Below the pieces are notes generated by a model. The model made no database searches, was not told where the DNA came from, and saw only the letters and a program-made list of their open reading frames with translations. This document shows positions 9,216-19,345 of a stretch of DNA of 64,000 nt, piece after piece. Source of the DNA: Deltaproteobacteria bacterium RIFCSPLOWO2_12_FULL_60_19 (lineage in GTDB: Bacteria > Desulfobacterota > Binatia > UBA9968); NCBI GenBank assembly GCA_001798595.1, contig MGSS01000144.1:14032-78031 (forward strand), read 5' to 3'. Both the position numbers and the translations under genes were made by a program. Each line of letters starts with the position of its first letter. Within the stretch, counting starts at the first letter, position 1.

Positions 9216-10310
9216 GTGGGAACAGCTGAAACAGCTTTGACCGCATCAGCTCAAGTCACGCCAAAACGTCTAAACCTCTTTGAGCGATACCTGACGGTGT
9301 GGGTGGCTCTCTGCATGGGACTAGGGGTCCTGCTGGGCAAATCGCTGCCCGGACTCGTCTCCGCCGTTCGCGAAATGGAGTTCGGCGCCGCCAGCCACAT
9401 CAACGTTCCTATCGCCGTGCTGATATGGCTGATGATTTATCCGATGATGTTGAAGGTGGACTTTGCCTCTGTGCTGGGCGTGGGCAAGCGTCCCGAGGGC
9501 TTGCTCATCACGTTGTTCGTCAACTGGCTGGTCAAGCCGTTCAGCATGGCGCTTCTTGGATGGCTCTTTTTCAAGCGGCTGTTTCTACCGCTCATCGGCG
9601 CGCCGTTGGCGGACCAGTATATCGCCGGCGTGATTATCCTGGCTGCGGCGCCTTGCACCGCAATGGTTTTCGTGTGGAGTTATCTGACAGACGGCGACCC
9701 GGCTTACACGCTGGTTCAGGTATCGTTGAACGACCTCATCATGCTGTTCGCGTTCGCGCCCATTGTCACGCTCCTGGTGAGCGGAGCCTCAGCCTTGACG
9801 GTCCCGTTTATCGTGCTGCTCTACGCGGTGATCCTGTTCATCGTGATTCCGCTGGCGGCCGGTAGCCTGACCCGGGTGTGGCTCGTGCGCGCGCGCGGGT
9901 TGGAATGGTTCGAAAAAACGTTCCTGCCGGCGTTGCATCCGATTTCCATCCTTGCGCTGCTGACCACGCTGGTCATCGTCTTCGCGTTTCAGGCGGACAA
10001 CCTCACCAACCGGTTTTTTCACGTCATCCTGATTGCGGTTCCGATTCTGATTCAGGTCTACTTCAACTCGTGGCTGGTGTATGGTTTGATGCGGCGGTTC
10101 AGGGCCCCCCACAACGTCGCCGCGCCGGGCGCGCTCATTGGAGCGTCGAACTTTTTTGAGTTGGCTGTGGCGACGGCGATTGCGTTGTTCGGCGCGGAGT
10201 CGGGAGCGGCGCTGGCGACGGTGGTGGGGGTGTTGGTGGAAGTGCCGGTTATGCTGTCGGTCTGCTCGTTCTGCAACCGCACGCGCCACTGGTTTCCACA
10301 GGCGGCGTGA
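9216..10310 (+). CDS. acr3: ACR3-family arsenite efflux transporter
   Basis: FERYLTVWV, NWLVKPFSM, AAPCTAMVFVWS, GASNFFELAVA, GVLVEVPVML. Confidence 0.96.
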   Translation: MGTAETALTASAQVTPKRLNLFERYLTVWVALCMGLGVLLGKSLPGLVSAVREMEFGAASHINVPIAVLIWLMIYPMMLKVDFASVLGVGKRPEGLLITLFVNWLVKPFSMALLGWLFFKRLFLPLIGAPLADQYIAGVIILAAAPCTAMVFVWSYLTDGDPAYTLVQVSLNDLIMLFAFAPIVTLLVSGASALTVPFIVLLYAVILFIVIPLAAGSLTRVWLVRARGLEWFEKTFLPALHPISILALLTTLVIVFAFQADNLTNRFFHVILIAVPILIQVYFNSWLVYGLMRRFRAPHNVAAPGALIGASNFFELAVATAIALFGAESGAALATVVGVLVEVPVMLSVCSFCNRTRHWFPQAA

Positions 10311-10339
10311 GCGGCGTGGGCTGCGACGCGAGGTGAACC

Positions 10340-10777
10340 ATGAAAAAACGAGTGCTCTTCGTTTGCGTTCACAACAGCGCCCGCAGCCAAATGGCGGAGG
10401 CGTTTTTAAATCGGATGTGCGGCGACGTATTCGAGGCGGAAAGCGCCGGACTGGAGCCGGGGGCGCTCAACCTGCTGGCTGTCGAAGCGATGCGGGAAAT
10501 CGGAATCGACATCGGCGGGAACGGGACGCGCGGGGTGTCGGAGGTCATCGAGTCGGGCCAGAAATTCGATTGTGTTATAACGGTTTGCGACGAGAGCAGC
10601 GCCGAGCAATGCCCCGTTGTTCCCGGCGTCGCCGAGCGGCTACACTGGAATTTTCCCGACCCGGCTAAGTTTACGGGCACCTGGGAAGAAAGACTGGAGC
10701 AGACCAGAAACATCCGAGACGCGATTGAATCTAAGATCGAACAGTTTTGTCCGTCCGGCTGTCGAGCGGTGGCGTAG
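10340..10777 (+). CDS. arsC: Thioredoxin-dependent arsenate reductase (LMW-PTP fold)
   Basis: VLFVCVHNSARSQMAEA, ITVCD..CP, HWNFPDP. Confidence 0.93.
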   Translation: MKKRVLFVCVHNSARSQMAEAFLNRMCGDVFEAESAGLEPGALNLLAVEAMREIGIDIGGNGTRGVSEVIESGQKFDCVITVCDESSAEQCPVVPGVAERLHWNFPDPAKFTGTWEERLEQTRNIRDAIESKIEQFCPSGCRAVA

Positions 10778-12650
10778 GGACGCTTGAACTGCTCGCCTCA
10801 TTTTCCGCCGGCAGAAGAATTCGCACGGTGGTTCCTTTTTGCAAGCGGCTTTCGATCGCCAACGATCCTCCGTGGGCCTGAACGATATGCTTCACGATCG
10901 CTAATCCCAAGCCGGTTCCTCCGAGCTCGCGCGAGCGCGCCTTGTCCACGCGGTAGAAGCGCTCGGTCAGGCGGGGCAGCTCCTTTTCGGGAATGCCGCA
11001 GCCGGTGTCGGACACACTCAGCTCGACAAAGTGGGAATTGGGAGTTAGGGATTGAAAATTAGGGGTTCGGGATTCGGGAGTGGCCCCAATTCCTAATTCC
11101 CGATCCCTAATTCCACCCGACCGGGCCGCGATCGTGATGCTTCCCTTGTCGGTGTATTTGAGCGCGTTGTCGATCAGGTTGATGAGGAGTTGCTGCAGCC
11201 GGTCCGGATCTCCGAGAATAGGAGGCAACTCCGGCTCGATCTGCCGGAGCAGCGCAACGTCCTTCCGCTGCGCCTGATCCTGGAAAATTTCCAATACCTT
11301 GCCGATTAATTCCGCAGCCTGCAGCTTTTCTCTGGCGATTTGAATCTTTCCCGATTCGAGATCCGACAGAGTCAGCAAATCGTCGATGAGCCGGCCGAGC
11401 CTCTCGGAGTGGCGGTGGATGATGCCGAGAAAATGCTCCGCCTCCTTCGGATCCGCCGGCGGAGATCGAAGCAGGGTTTCGGCATAGCCCCGAATGGCGG
11501 TCAGCGGGGTGCGCAGCTCGTGAGACACGTTGGCGACGAAATCGGCGCGAACGGTTTCCAGCCGCTTGAGCTCCGTGACATCGTGAAGGACCAGGATGTA
11601 CCCGAGCGGCTTCTCATCCACGCCTCTCAGGGTCACTGCGTTGACATGGAACCACTTTCCTTCGTCTAAGCAGATATCTTTCGTAAAGCACGCCGTGGAG
11701 CAATCGCAGGCCAGAACCTCCGCCAGGAGTTTTTTCATTTCCGGATGACGCGACAACTCGACGAGCGAGGCGCCGTGGGGATCCGACTCCTCGGGGAGAT
11801 TGAACATCCTTTTGGCATTTTCATTGAGCAGGATCAGCCGCCCCCGGGTATCCACGACCAGAACGCCCTCGGTCATGCATCTGAGGATCGAATCGACCTT
11901 CTCCTTTTCCGCCGTTACGCCGGCGATCGTCTCCTGAATGCTGCGGCTCATCGCATGGAGATTGTGTTCCAGAATGCCGAGCTCGTCGGTCCTGCCGAGC
12001 AAGATCGGCTGCTGGGAAAAGCGACCTCGGGCGACGTTGTCGGAGAATTCCAGCATCCGTTTAATTCTTTGTTCTAAGCGATGGGAAACGAAAAAGGCTA
12101 CGAGCAGTCCCGCCGCCGAGAAGAGCAGCAGTCCGGCCAACATCGCGCGCCGCAAGGAGCTTTCCGCCGCCTCGATGGAGTCCAGAGGGACAGAGAGCCG
12201 GACGATCCATCTGCGACCGGCTTCTCGTAAAAGGACGGCCTGGTATAACATTTCATGCCGGACGGTGGCGCTGTAACGGATACTCGTTCCGCCGCCTTTG
12301 GATGCCGCATCCAGCACCTCCGGCCGCGTCCCGTGATTTTCCATCGTGACCGAAGGTTCGTCCGAGTCGCCCAGCACCTTGCCGCCCAGGTCGATAACGG
12401 TGATGCGAACTCCCAGATCCCGGCCCAGGTCGCGGCAGATTCGATCCAGCGCGGCTCCTTCGAGGCCTACGGGTAGCAAGCGCATCACGATCTTTGCTTC
12501 ATCGCGCATCTTAGCCGACAACGACGAGATGTGAAAATCCTTCACAATCGCCGTGGCGTAGAGATAAAAGAGGAGAAACAGAAGGAGAACGACGGCGAGA
12601 TAGGAGAGGAAGAGCCTGACGACGACTCTATTTTTCCAGGGCCTTTTCAT
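10731..12650 (-). CDS. phoR: Phosphate regulon sensor kinase
   Basis: ENH..RPEV sensor region, HAMP, PAS, DFVANVSHELRTPLT, RFYRVDKARSRELGGTGLGLAIVKH. Confidence 0.93.
   Translation of the reverse strand: MKRPWKNRVVVRLFLSYLAVVLLLFLLFYLYATAIVKDFHISSLSAKMRDEAKIVMRLLPVGLEGAALDRICRDLGRDLGVRITVIDLGGKVLGDSDEPSVTMENHGTRPEVLDAASKGGGTSIRYSATVRHEMLYQAVLLREAGRRWIVRLSVPLDSIEAAESSLRRAMLAGLLLFSAAGLLVAFFVSHRLEQRIKRMLEFSDNVARGRFSQQPILLGRTDELGILEHNLHAMSRSIQETIAGVTAEKEKVDSILRCMTEGVLVVDTRGRLILLNENAKRMFNLPEESDPHGASLVELSRHPEMKKLLAEVLACDCSTACFTKDICLDEGKWFHVNAVTLRGVDEKPLGYILVLHDVTELKRLETVRADFVANVSHELRTPLTAIRGYAETLLRSPPADPKEAEHFLGIIHRHSERLGRLIDDLLTLSDLESGKIQIAREKLQAAELIGKVLEIFQDQAQRKDVALLRQIEPELPPILGDPDRLQQLLINLIDNALKYTDKGSITIAARSGGIRDRELGIGATPESRTPNFQSLTPNSHFVELSVSDTGCGIPEKELPRLTERFYRVDKARSRELGGTGLGLAIVKHIVQAHGGSLAIESRLQKGTTVRILLPAENEASSSSVPTPPLDSRTDKTVRS
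11033..11114. repeat. Heptamer-periodic palindrome lying in frame inside phoR
   Basis: gggaatt gggagtt agggatt gaaaatt aggggtt cgggatt cgggagt ggcc ccaattc ctaattc ccgatcc ctaattc. Confidence 0.75.
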
Positions 12651-13341
12651 CGAATTTGTAACCCACTCCCCGGACCGTGAGAACCCATTCGGGCTTGCGG
12701 TCGTTCTTTTCGATTGCCTTTCTCAGCCTGCGGATATGGACGTCCACGGTGCGGGAATCGACGAAGACCTCGCCTCCCCAAACCCGGTCGAGCAGTTGAT
12801 CCCGACTCAGGACCCTGCCGGGATTTTGGACCAGGAATCGGAGCAGCTCAAATTCCTTGAGCGTGAGGCGGACCGCTTTGCCTCTGACAAAAATCTCGTA
12901 AGTCGAGAAGTTGATCTTGAGGGGGCCCTTTTCATAGACCTCCGCTCCCGCGGCCGCGAACGAAGCCTCGCTCCTGCGCAGAATCGCTTTGACGCGCGCG
13001 ACCAGCTCCCTGGGGCTGAAGGGCTTGGTCAGATAATCGTCGGCGCCCATCTCCAATCCGACGACGCGGTCGGCCTCGCCCGCCTTCGCCGTCAGCATGA
13101 GGATCGGCAGCCGGGCGGTCTCCGGCCGCGCGCGCAGGCTGCGGCATAGCTCCAACCCCGACATTCCCGGCAGCATCAGGTCCAGAATCACCAGCTGAGG
13201 CTTTTCCCGCTGGAGCATCTTAAGCGCCTCTTCCCCGTCCTCGGCTTCGACGACCTGAAAGCGCTCTTGCGCCAAGTTATAATGGACGAGCTTCCGTATA
13301 TCGGGCTCGTCTTCGACCACTAGGATTTTCTTCGCAGCCAT
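12628..13341 (-). CDS. phoB: Phosphate regulon response regulator
   Basis: OmpR-family REC domain plus RTVDVHIRRLRK; within the pst-phoU operon. Confidence 0.93.
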   Translation of the reverse strand: MAAKKILVVEDEPDIRKLVHYNLAQERFQVVEAEDGEEALKMLQREKPQLVILDLMLPGMSGLELCRSLRARPETARLPILMLTAKAGEADRVVGLEMGADDYLTKPFSPRELVARVKAILRRSEASFAAAGAEVYEKGPLKINFSTYEIFVRGKAVRLTLKEFELLRFLVQNPGRVLSRDQLLDRVWGGEVFVDSRTVDVHIRRLRKAIEKNDRKPEWVLTVRGVGYKFDEKALEK

Positions 13342-13357
13342 AACCGGGTTGGATACG

Positions 13358-13424
13358 GTTCAAAGGGGTCAAAATAGTTCAATAGGTTCAAAATGTTTTG
13401 AACGACTTGAACTTTTTGAACAGC
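13358..13424. repeat. GTTCAA/TTGAAC periodic palindrome between phoU and phoB
   Basis: gttcaaag..gtcaaaata gttcaatag gttcaaaat g ttttgaacgac ttgaacttt ttgaac. Confidence 0.6.
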
Positions 13425-13443
13425 GTCCGTCTTCGCATCCGCC

Positions 13444-14130
13444 CTAGATCGACTGCGGCAACTCTTTGAGATGGCGGATGCTCTTGCCTTTCACCATGAA
13501 GACGACCATCTCGGCGATATTGGTGGCGTGGTCGGCGATGCGTTCAAGATATTTTGAGATAAAGGAGATCTTCATCGCCCGATTGATCGTGTGGGGGTCC
13601 TCGATCATGAAGCTGACGGTTTCGCGGAAAACCTGGCTGTTGAGATCGTCCACCTCTTGATCGTCCTTGCAGACTTTCAAGGCTAGATTCGTGTCTTCGC
13701 GCACGAAGGCGTCGAGGCTTTCGTGAATCATCCGCTGCGAAATCCTCGCCATGCGGGGAATGTCGATGTAGGGCTTGAGCTGGGGCTCCGCATTAAGCTC
13801 TAAAGCTCGCTCGCAGATGTTGACGGCCATGTCGCCGATCCGCTCCAGATCGGTCGTGATCTTCAAAGCGGTGGTGATGAAACGCAAGTCCCGCGCCGCC
13901 GGCTGGTGCAGAGCGAGGAGCTGGATGCAGAGCTCGTCGATCTCCACGTCCAGGGTGTTCACTTCCTTGTCCCGTTCGATAATCGTTGCGGCCATATTGG
14001 AATCCCGGTCGACCAACGAGCTGACCGCTTTCTGAATCTGATCCTCCACCAATCCTCCCATGTAGAGGATGTCCTCGCGAAGCTTCTTCAGGTCTTCCTC
14101 GTATCTTTTGTCCGTGTGCTGGGTTAACAT
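13444..14130 (-). CDS. phoU: Phosphate signaling protein PhoU
   Basis: LALHQPAARDLR, TDLERIGDMAVNI, YLERIADHATNIAE. Confidence 0.97.
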   Translation of the reverse strand: MLTQHTDKRYEEDLKKLREDILYMGGLVEDQIQKAVSSLVDRDSNMAATIIERDKEVNTLDVEIDELCIQLLALHQPAARDLRFITTALKITTDLERIGDMAVNICERALELNAEPQLKPYIDIPRMARISQRMIHESLDAFVREDTNLALKVCKDDQEVDDLNSQVFRETVSFMIEDPHTINRAMKISFISKYLERIADHATNIAEMVVFMVKGKSIRHLKELPQSI

Positions 14131-14140
14131 CTCTCCCCCT

Positions 14141-14199
14141 TTGAACGTCTCCCGCCGTTAAACCGGTCAAGCCGTTCAAAATGTTCAAATCGTTCAACT
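14141..14199. repeat. GTTCAA periodic repeat between pstB and phoU
   Basis: ttgaacg...gttaaaccg gtcaagcc gttcaaaat gttcaaatc gttcaac. Confidence 0.55.
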
Positions 14200-14201
14200 C
14201 G

Positions 14202-14981
14202 TCATCCGAACCTGCCCGTGATGTAGTCCTCCGTCTGGCGTTTCTCCGGGTTGGTGAAGATCCTGCCCGTCTCGCCGAATTCTATCAATTCGCCGAGGTA
14301 GAAGAAAGCCGTGACGTCGGATACGCGCGCGGCCTGCTGCATGTTATGGGTCACGATCACAATCGTGAAGGTATGCTTGAGCTCGTGAATCAACTCCTCG
14401 ATCTTGGCCGTGGAGATGGGGTCGAGAGCGGAGCAGGGCTCATCCATGAGCAGGACCTCGGGCTCGACCGCCAAGGCGCGGGCGATGCAAAGGCGCTGTT
14501 GCTGTCCGCCGGAAAGGTCGGAGGCGCTCTTGTGCAAATTGTCCTTCACCTCGTCCCAGAGGGCGGCCCGCTTGAGATTGTTCTCCACCACCTCGTCCAG
14601 CCGGCTCCGGTTGTTGATGCCGACGATCCTCAAGCCATAGACGACATTTTCATAAATGCTCTTGGGAAACGGGTTCCACTTCTGAAAGATCATTCCCACG
14701 CGGCGGCGGAGATCGATGACGTCCGTCCCTGCGTCGTAGATGTCCCGGCCGTCGAGCTTGACGGAGCCTTTGATGGAGACGTTGGAAACGAGGTCGTTCA
14801 TCCGGTTCAGACAGCGGAGGAGTGTCGTCTTGCCGCAACCCGAAGGCCCGATGAACGCGGTTGCCTGCTTTCCGGGAATGTCCACGTTGACGGACTTGAG
14901 CGCCCGGACAGTTCCGTAATAAAAATCGAGATCCCGGACTTGGATGATGGGCTCGGATGGAAGTGTCATCGTCGCTACCAT
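14202..14981 (-). CDS. pstB: Phosphate ABC transporter ATP-binding protein
   Basis: [40 protein letters not shown]. Real start is ATG 14981 or 14969; the longer ORF extension overlaps pstA. Confidence 0.96.
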   Translation of the reverse strand: MVATMTLPSEPIIQVRDLDFYYGTVRALKSVNVDIPGKQATAFIGPSGCGKTTLLRCLNRMNDLVSNVSIKGSVKLDGRDIYDAGTDVIDLRRRVGMIFQKWNPFPKSIYENVVYGLRIVGINNRSRLDEVVENNLKRAALWDEVKDNLHKSASDLSGGQQQRLCIARALAVEPEVLLMDEPCSALDPISTAKIEELIHELKHTFTIVIVTHNMQQAARVSDVTAFFYLGELIEFGETGRIFTNPEKRQTEDYITGRFG

Positions 14982-15895
14982 CGGATGCGCTTGCGAAAGC
15001 GGTAGCGCAGGTAGATGGCCAGCGCGTTCATAGCCAGAGTCATGACCATGAGGACAAGCCCTGTCGCCGCGGCGTTCAGATGAAATTCCTCCTGCGGGCG
15101 GGAAACCCAGTTGAACATCTGGATCGGCATCACGGTGAACGGAGACATGAGCCAGTCGAACGAAATGAAGGGGAATTCCGGTTTGACCGGGGAATCGGGA
15201 AGGAAGGCGATGAAGGTGAGGGCGCCGATGGTGATCAGCGGCGCCGTTTCTCCGATCGCCCGCGAGAGCGCGATGATGACTCCGGTGAGAATGCCCCCCG
15301 TCGAGTAAGGCAGGACGTGGTCCTTCACCATCTGCCACTTGGTTGCTCCGAGGGCATACGCCGCTTCGCGCATAATGCCGGGAACGGCCCGGATCGCTTC
15401 GCGGGTGGCGACGATGACGATGGGAAGAATCAGCAGCGCCAGGGTCAGCCCGGCGGTCAGGATACTGTGGCCGAGACGAAGCTGATACACGAACAGCCCC
15501 AGAGCCATAAGCCCGTAGACGATCGAAGGAACTCCCGCGAGATTGGCGATGTTGATTTCGATCAGCGCGGTCAGCCAGTTTTTCGGCGCATACTCCTCCA
15601 GATAAACTCCTGCGGCCACGCCCAGCGGAACGGCGGTCAGCGCGGTGACAAGCATAACGAGCGTGGTGCCCACCCATGCCGAGAGGATCCCCGCCTGCTC
15701 GGGGAAGCGCGAAGGGAAGGAGAGGAGAAACTGCCGGCTCAGCCGGCCCGCGCCATCGGTTGCCAGATCGATCATCAAAGCGAAAAGCGTGATCAAGCCG
15801 ATGAAAGTGGCCAGGAGTCCCAGCATCGCGAACGTCCGGTCGTAAAACTTGCGGCGGGCGGTCTTGTTATCCCGACTACTTTGATTCCGCTCCAT
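14975..15895 (-). CDS. pstA: Phosphate ABC transporter permease PstA
   Basis: [28 protein letters not shown]. Confidence 0.96.
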   Translation of the reverse strand: MERNQSSRDNKTARRKFYDRTFAMLGLLATFIGLITLFALMIDLATDGAGRLSRQFLLSFPSRFPEQAGILSAWVGTTLVMLVTALTAVPLGVAAGVYLEEYAPKNWLTALIEINIANLAGVPSIVYGLMALGLFVYQLRLGHSILTAGLTLALLILPIVIVATREAIRAVPGIMREAAYALGATKWQMVKDHVLPYSTGGILTGVIIALSRAIGETAPLITIGALTFIAFLPDSPVKPEFPFISFDWLMSPFTVMPIQMFNWVSRPQEEFHLNAAATGLVLMVMTLAMNALAIYLRYRFRKRIRW

Positions 15896-15896
15896 C

Positions 15897-16856
15897 TCAG
15901 TAAATCTCCCGGAATTTCTTGCGGAGCAGGTAGCCGGCGATGTTGAAGACGAGCGTCATCAGCATCAACGTCAAACCCGCGGCGAAGATGCTCTGATAGG
16001 CGACGCTTCCGTGGGGCAGGTCGCCCAAGCTCACCTGAACGATGTAAGCCGTGATGGTCGCCGCTCCCTGCATGGGATTCAGCGTGAGGTTGGGCTGCTG
16101 CCCGGCCGCGATGGCGACGACCATGGTCTCGCCGACGGCCCGCGAAAAGCCCAGGACATAAGCCGATGCGATGCCGGAAAAGGCGGACGGAACGAGCACC
16201 CGCAGGGCGGTCTGGAGACGGGTCGCGCCCATGGCATACGAGCCTTCTCGAATCTGCACCGGGACGGCTCTCATAGCGTCCTCACTCAGAGAGCTGACGT
16301 AGGGAATGATCATGATGCCGATCACGATGCCGGCCGAGAGCATGTTGAAGCCGGGAAGGTCCGGCAGAAGACGCTGCAACAGAGGAGTCACGAGGAGCAG
16401 AGCGAAATAACCGAAAACCACCGTCGGGACGGCGCTGAGCATCTCCAAGGCGGGCTTGATGATTTCGCGCACCCGGTGGCTTGCGTACTCGCTCAGGTAG
16501 ATGGCGATGACGGTGCCGAGCGGCAAGGCCACGAGCAGGGCGACCGCTGAAGTCACCACGGTTCCCGCCACCAGCGGCATGATGCCGTAGTGCGGATCGG
16601 CGAACAGCACTGTCCACTGGGTGTCCGTGAGAAACTCTACGACGGAGACATGGCTGAAAAAGGAGAAGGACTCATAGAGCAGAATCCCGACGATGCCCAC
16701 CGTGATCCCGATCGAGGAGAGGGCGGATAAAAAGAGCAGCGCCTCGACGACCCGCTCTCCCGGCCGGCGAGTCGAGCTACGAGCGGCGAATTGCCGAGTC
16801 GCCGCCGTGGCGTGTGCCGTTTCCGCGTGATTCATAGGTGTGAAGCAGGGCATCAT
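15897..16856 (-). CDS. pstC: Phosphate ABC transporter permease PstC
   Basis: [28 protein letters not shown]; start may be the downstream MNHAET. Confidence 0.96.
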   Translation of the reverse strand: MMPCFTPMNHAETAHATAATRQFAARSSTRRPGERVVEALLFLSALSSIGITVGIVGILLYESFSFFSHVSVVEFLTDTQWTVLFADPHYGIMPLVAGTVVTSAVALLVALPLGTVIAIYLSEYASHRVREIIKPALEMLSAVPTVVFGYFALLLVTPLLQRLLPDLPGFNMLSAGIVIGIMIIPYVSSLSEDAMRAVPVQIREGSYAMGATRLQTALRVLVPSAFSGIASAYVLGFSRAVGETMVVAIAAGQQPNLTLNPMQGAATITAYIVQVSLGDLPHGSVAYQSIFAAGLTLMLMTLVFNIAGYLLRKKFREIY

Positions 16857-16890
16857 GGCGATGCCCTGCTTCGTTTCGATATTTCAGCCT

Positions 16891-17892
16891 TTAGAACTTG
16901 GCCTCGCGCTTGAGCAGCTCTTCAATCTTGATGCCCACCTGGGCCTCGCCTCCGAATACGGTCCCGATCTTGCCCTTCTGGAAATGCTCGAGTCCCAGCG
17001 TATAGGCGTTGGCGGGAAGGGCCACGTATTTTATCTGCCTTACGAGCTTCGCGGCGTTCTGCATATAGAACTCCACGAACTCTTTGACTTCGGGTTTTTC
17101 AGCAGCTTTCTTGCTCACGTAGATGAAGATCGGCCTTGATAGGGGCTGATACGTTCCATCTTCGACGGTTTTGGGGGAAGGCGGCACGACCTCTTTGCCG
17201 CCGTCGATCCCCACGGCCTTGAGCTTCTTTTGGTTCTCGACGTAATAGGCGAAGCCGAAATATCCGAGCGCGTTCTTGTCGTTGGCGATGCCCTGCACCA
17301 ATACGTTGTCGTCTTCACTGGCGGTGAAGTCGCCGCGGCTGGCCTTCGCCTTGCCCACGATCGCTTCGGTGAAATAATCGAACGTGCCGGAATCGGCGCC
17401 CGGACCGAAGAGCTTCAGAGGCGCGTTTGGCCAGGACGCTCGGACCTGGTTCCAGGTCGTGACCTTCCCCTGGGCGGCCGGCTCCCAGATTTTTTTCAGG
17501 TCCGCGACCGTCATGGACGAGACCCAATCGTTTTTGGGATTGACCATCACCGTCAAGGCGTCGAAGGCCACGGGCAGCTCGTAGTATTGAACGCTCGCCT
17601 GTTTACACGCCTCCATCTCTTGTTTAAGAATCGGCCGGGAGGCGTCGCTGATATCGGTCTCGCCCCGGCAGAACTTTTTGAAACCCCCGCCAGTCCCGGA
17701 GATTCCGACGGTCACCTTGACCTTTCCCTTTTTTGCTTTCTGGAACTCTTCAGCGACCGCCTCTGTGACCGGAAAGACGGTGCTGGAGCCGTCGATTTGG
17801 ACGATCTGGGCGCGGGCTTGAGCGCCCGTGAGGGATGCCATGAGAGCGAAAAACGTTACAAGTGCTTTGGTGTTCATTTCAGTTTCCTCCAT
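16891..17892 (-). CDS. pstS: Phosphate-binding protein PstS
   Basis: Signal peptide, [38 protein letters not shown]; alternative start at 17877. Confidence 0.96.
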   Translation of the reverse strand: MEETEMNTKALVTFFALMASLTGAQARAQIVQIDGSSTVFPVTEAVAEEFQKAKKGKVKVTVGISGTGGGFKKFCRGETDISDASRPILKQEMEACKQASVQYYELPVAFDALTVMVNPKNDWVSSMTVADLKKIWEPAAQGKVTTWNQVRASWPNAPLKLFGPGADSGTFDYFTEAIVGKAKASRGDFTASEDDNVLVQGIANDKNALGYFGFAYYVENQKKLKAVGIDGGKEVVPPSPKTVEDGTYQPLSRPIFIYVSKKAAEKPEVKEFVEFYMQNAAKLVRQIKYVALPANAYTLGLEHFQKGKIGTVFGGEAQVGIKIEELLKREAKF

Positions 17893-17907
17893 TTCTTTAC
17901 TCCTGCA

Positions 17908-17949
17908 TTGTTACGAACGTGTTACGCATCTGTGAACTGTCAGTGACAT
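17908..17949 (-). promoter_or_regulatory. Pho box array
   Basis: Minus strand GTCAC/TTCAC/GTAAC/GTAAC at exact 11-bp spacing (plus-strand starts 17943, 17932, 17921, 17910), immediately upstream of pstS. Confidence 0.75.
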
Positions 17950-18121
17950 GGGCTACGGCAACGTAACGGCATTGGTTCGCCTCCTTAAGGGCAGATCCTT
18001 TTCTAGAGCCCGATGATGGCGCCGGAATCCTACAGGAGGATGAAAGGCAGATTAAAAGAAGGTGAAGGCGGGAGAGATTTTCCTCTTTATATCCAGTCGC
18101 GTCTCTGCTAAGCCGAGGCGT

Positions 18122-19345
18122 ATGAAAATCGACATCTGGAGATTTCTCGGCGCCGGCCGGTTTCCCGAAGAGTCCAAGAGGAAGCTCGGCGTCGTCGCTC
18201 TGCTCTATTTTATCCAGGGGAGCCCGGCGGCGATTTTGTGGGAGGTTTTGCCGGTCTATCTTCGCCTGCAGGGGATTTCTCTCGCCGCCATCGGCGGCCT
18301 CAGGCTGCTCGAGCTGCCGTATTCCTTGAAGGTTCTGTGGTCGCCGCTGATCCATCGCTACGGCGACCGCCGGGCGTGGGTGTTCGGCTGCATGATCGGC
18401 GTCGCGCTGGTCGTCGGCCTGCTGCCGCTCGCGGACGCCGCGCAGGGCGGCGCAATCCTGGCGGTCCTGGTGCTCGCCCTCACCGCGCTTTCAGCTACGC
18501 AAGATATTGCGATCGACTCCTACACGGTAGGCTTAGTCCGCCGCGACGAAGAGGGACCGGCCAACGGCGTGCGCGCCTCGGCCTATCGCGTCGCTCTGGT
18601 GACGATCGGCGGCGGCCTCGTGCTGCTCGCCACGGTCTTTCCGTGGAGCGCGCTCTTGGTGATGGCGGCTGTGGTGTTCGTACTGCTCGGCCTCGCGGCC
18701 TTTCGCGCGCCCCGGCTCGATCTCCCCGTAGAGGCGCGCGCCGAGTGGCTCGGCGGCTTTCTCAACTGGATCGGCACCTGGAACGCGCTGCCGCTGGTTC
18801 TTTTCGCTTTAACCTACAAGCTCGGAGAGTTCGCGATCGGTCCGATGGTGAAGCCGTTCTGGGTGGATCAGGGACGCTCGGTCTTCGAAATCGGACTTGT
18901 CCCGACGACCGCCGGCATCGTTCTCAGCGTCGCCGGCTCGCTGGCCGGCGGGGTGTTTATTTCCCGCTACGGAACCTTTTGCGGCATCTGGGCGCTGGGA
19001 CTGCTCCAGGCCGTATCGAATATCGGTTACGCCCTGGTCGCGTGGGGCGACCTTGGGCGCATCGGCCTATACGGCGCGTCCGTTTTTGAGTCGTTCACCG
19101 GCGGCCTTGGGACCGCGGCCTTTCTCGCCTTCTTGATGAACGTCTGCGAGAAGGAGCACGCTACCGTGCAATACGCTCTGCTGTCGTCGATCTTTGCGCT
19201 CAGCGGCCGGCTGGTGGGAGGCCTGAGCGGCCTGGGCGCGGAGAGATTCGGCTACGGGAATTATTTCGCGCTGACCTTTCTGGTTTCTCTCCCGGCGTTC
19301 ATTTTGCTGCCGTGGGTGAAAAAGTGGATACACGAAGCTCATTGA
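18122..19345 (+). CDS. AmpG-like MFS permease
   Basis: LYFIQG.P, LPYSLKVLWSPLI, SATQDIAIDSY, TVQYALLSS motifs of the AmpG/PAT family. Confidence 0.85.
   Translation: MKIDIWRFLGAGRFPEESKRKLGVVALLYFIQGSPAAILWEVLPVYLRLQGISLAAIGGLRLLELPYSLKVLWSPLIHRYGDRRAWVFGCMIGVALVVGLLPLADAAQGGAILAVLVLALTALSATQDIAIDSYTVGLVRRDEEGPANGVRASAYRVALVTIGGGLVLLATVFPWSALLVMAAVVFVLLGLAAFRAPRLDLPVEARAEWLGGFLNWIGTWNALPLVLFALTYKLGEFAIGPMVKPFWVDQGRSVFEIGLVPTTAGIVLSVAGSLAGGVFISRYGTFCGIWALGLLQAVSNIGYALVAWGDLGRIGLYGASVFESFTGGLGTAAFLAFLMNVCEKEHATVQYALLSSIFALSGRLVGGLSGLGAERFGYGNYFALTFLVSLPAFILLPWVKKWIHEAH

Noticed and set aside
14982-15677. Long N-terminal extension of the 491-aa pstB ORF
   Set aside because: It overlaps pstA in another frame; ABC ATPase similarity begins only near MTLPSEP.
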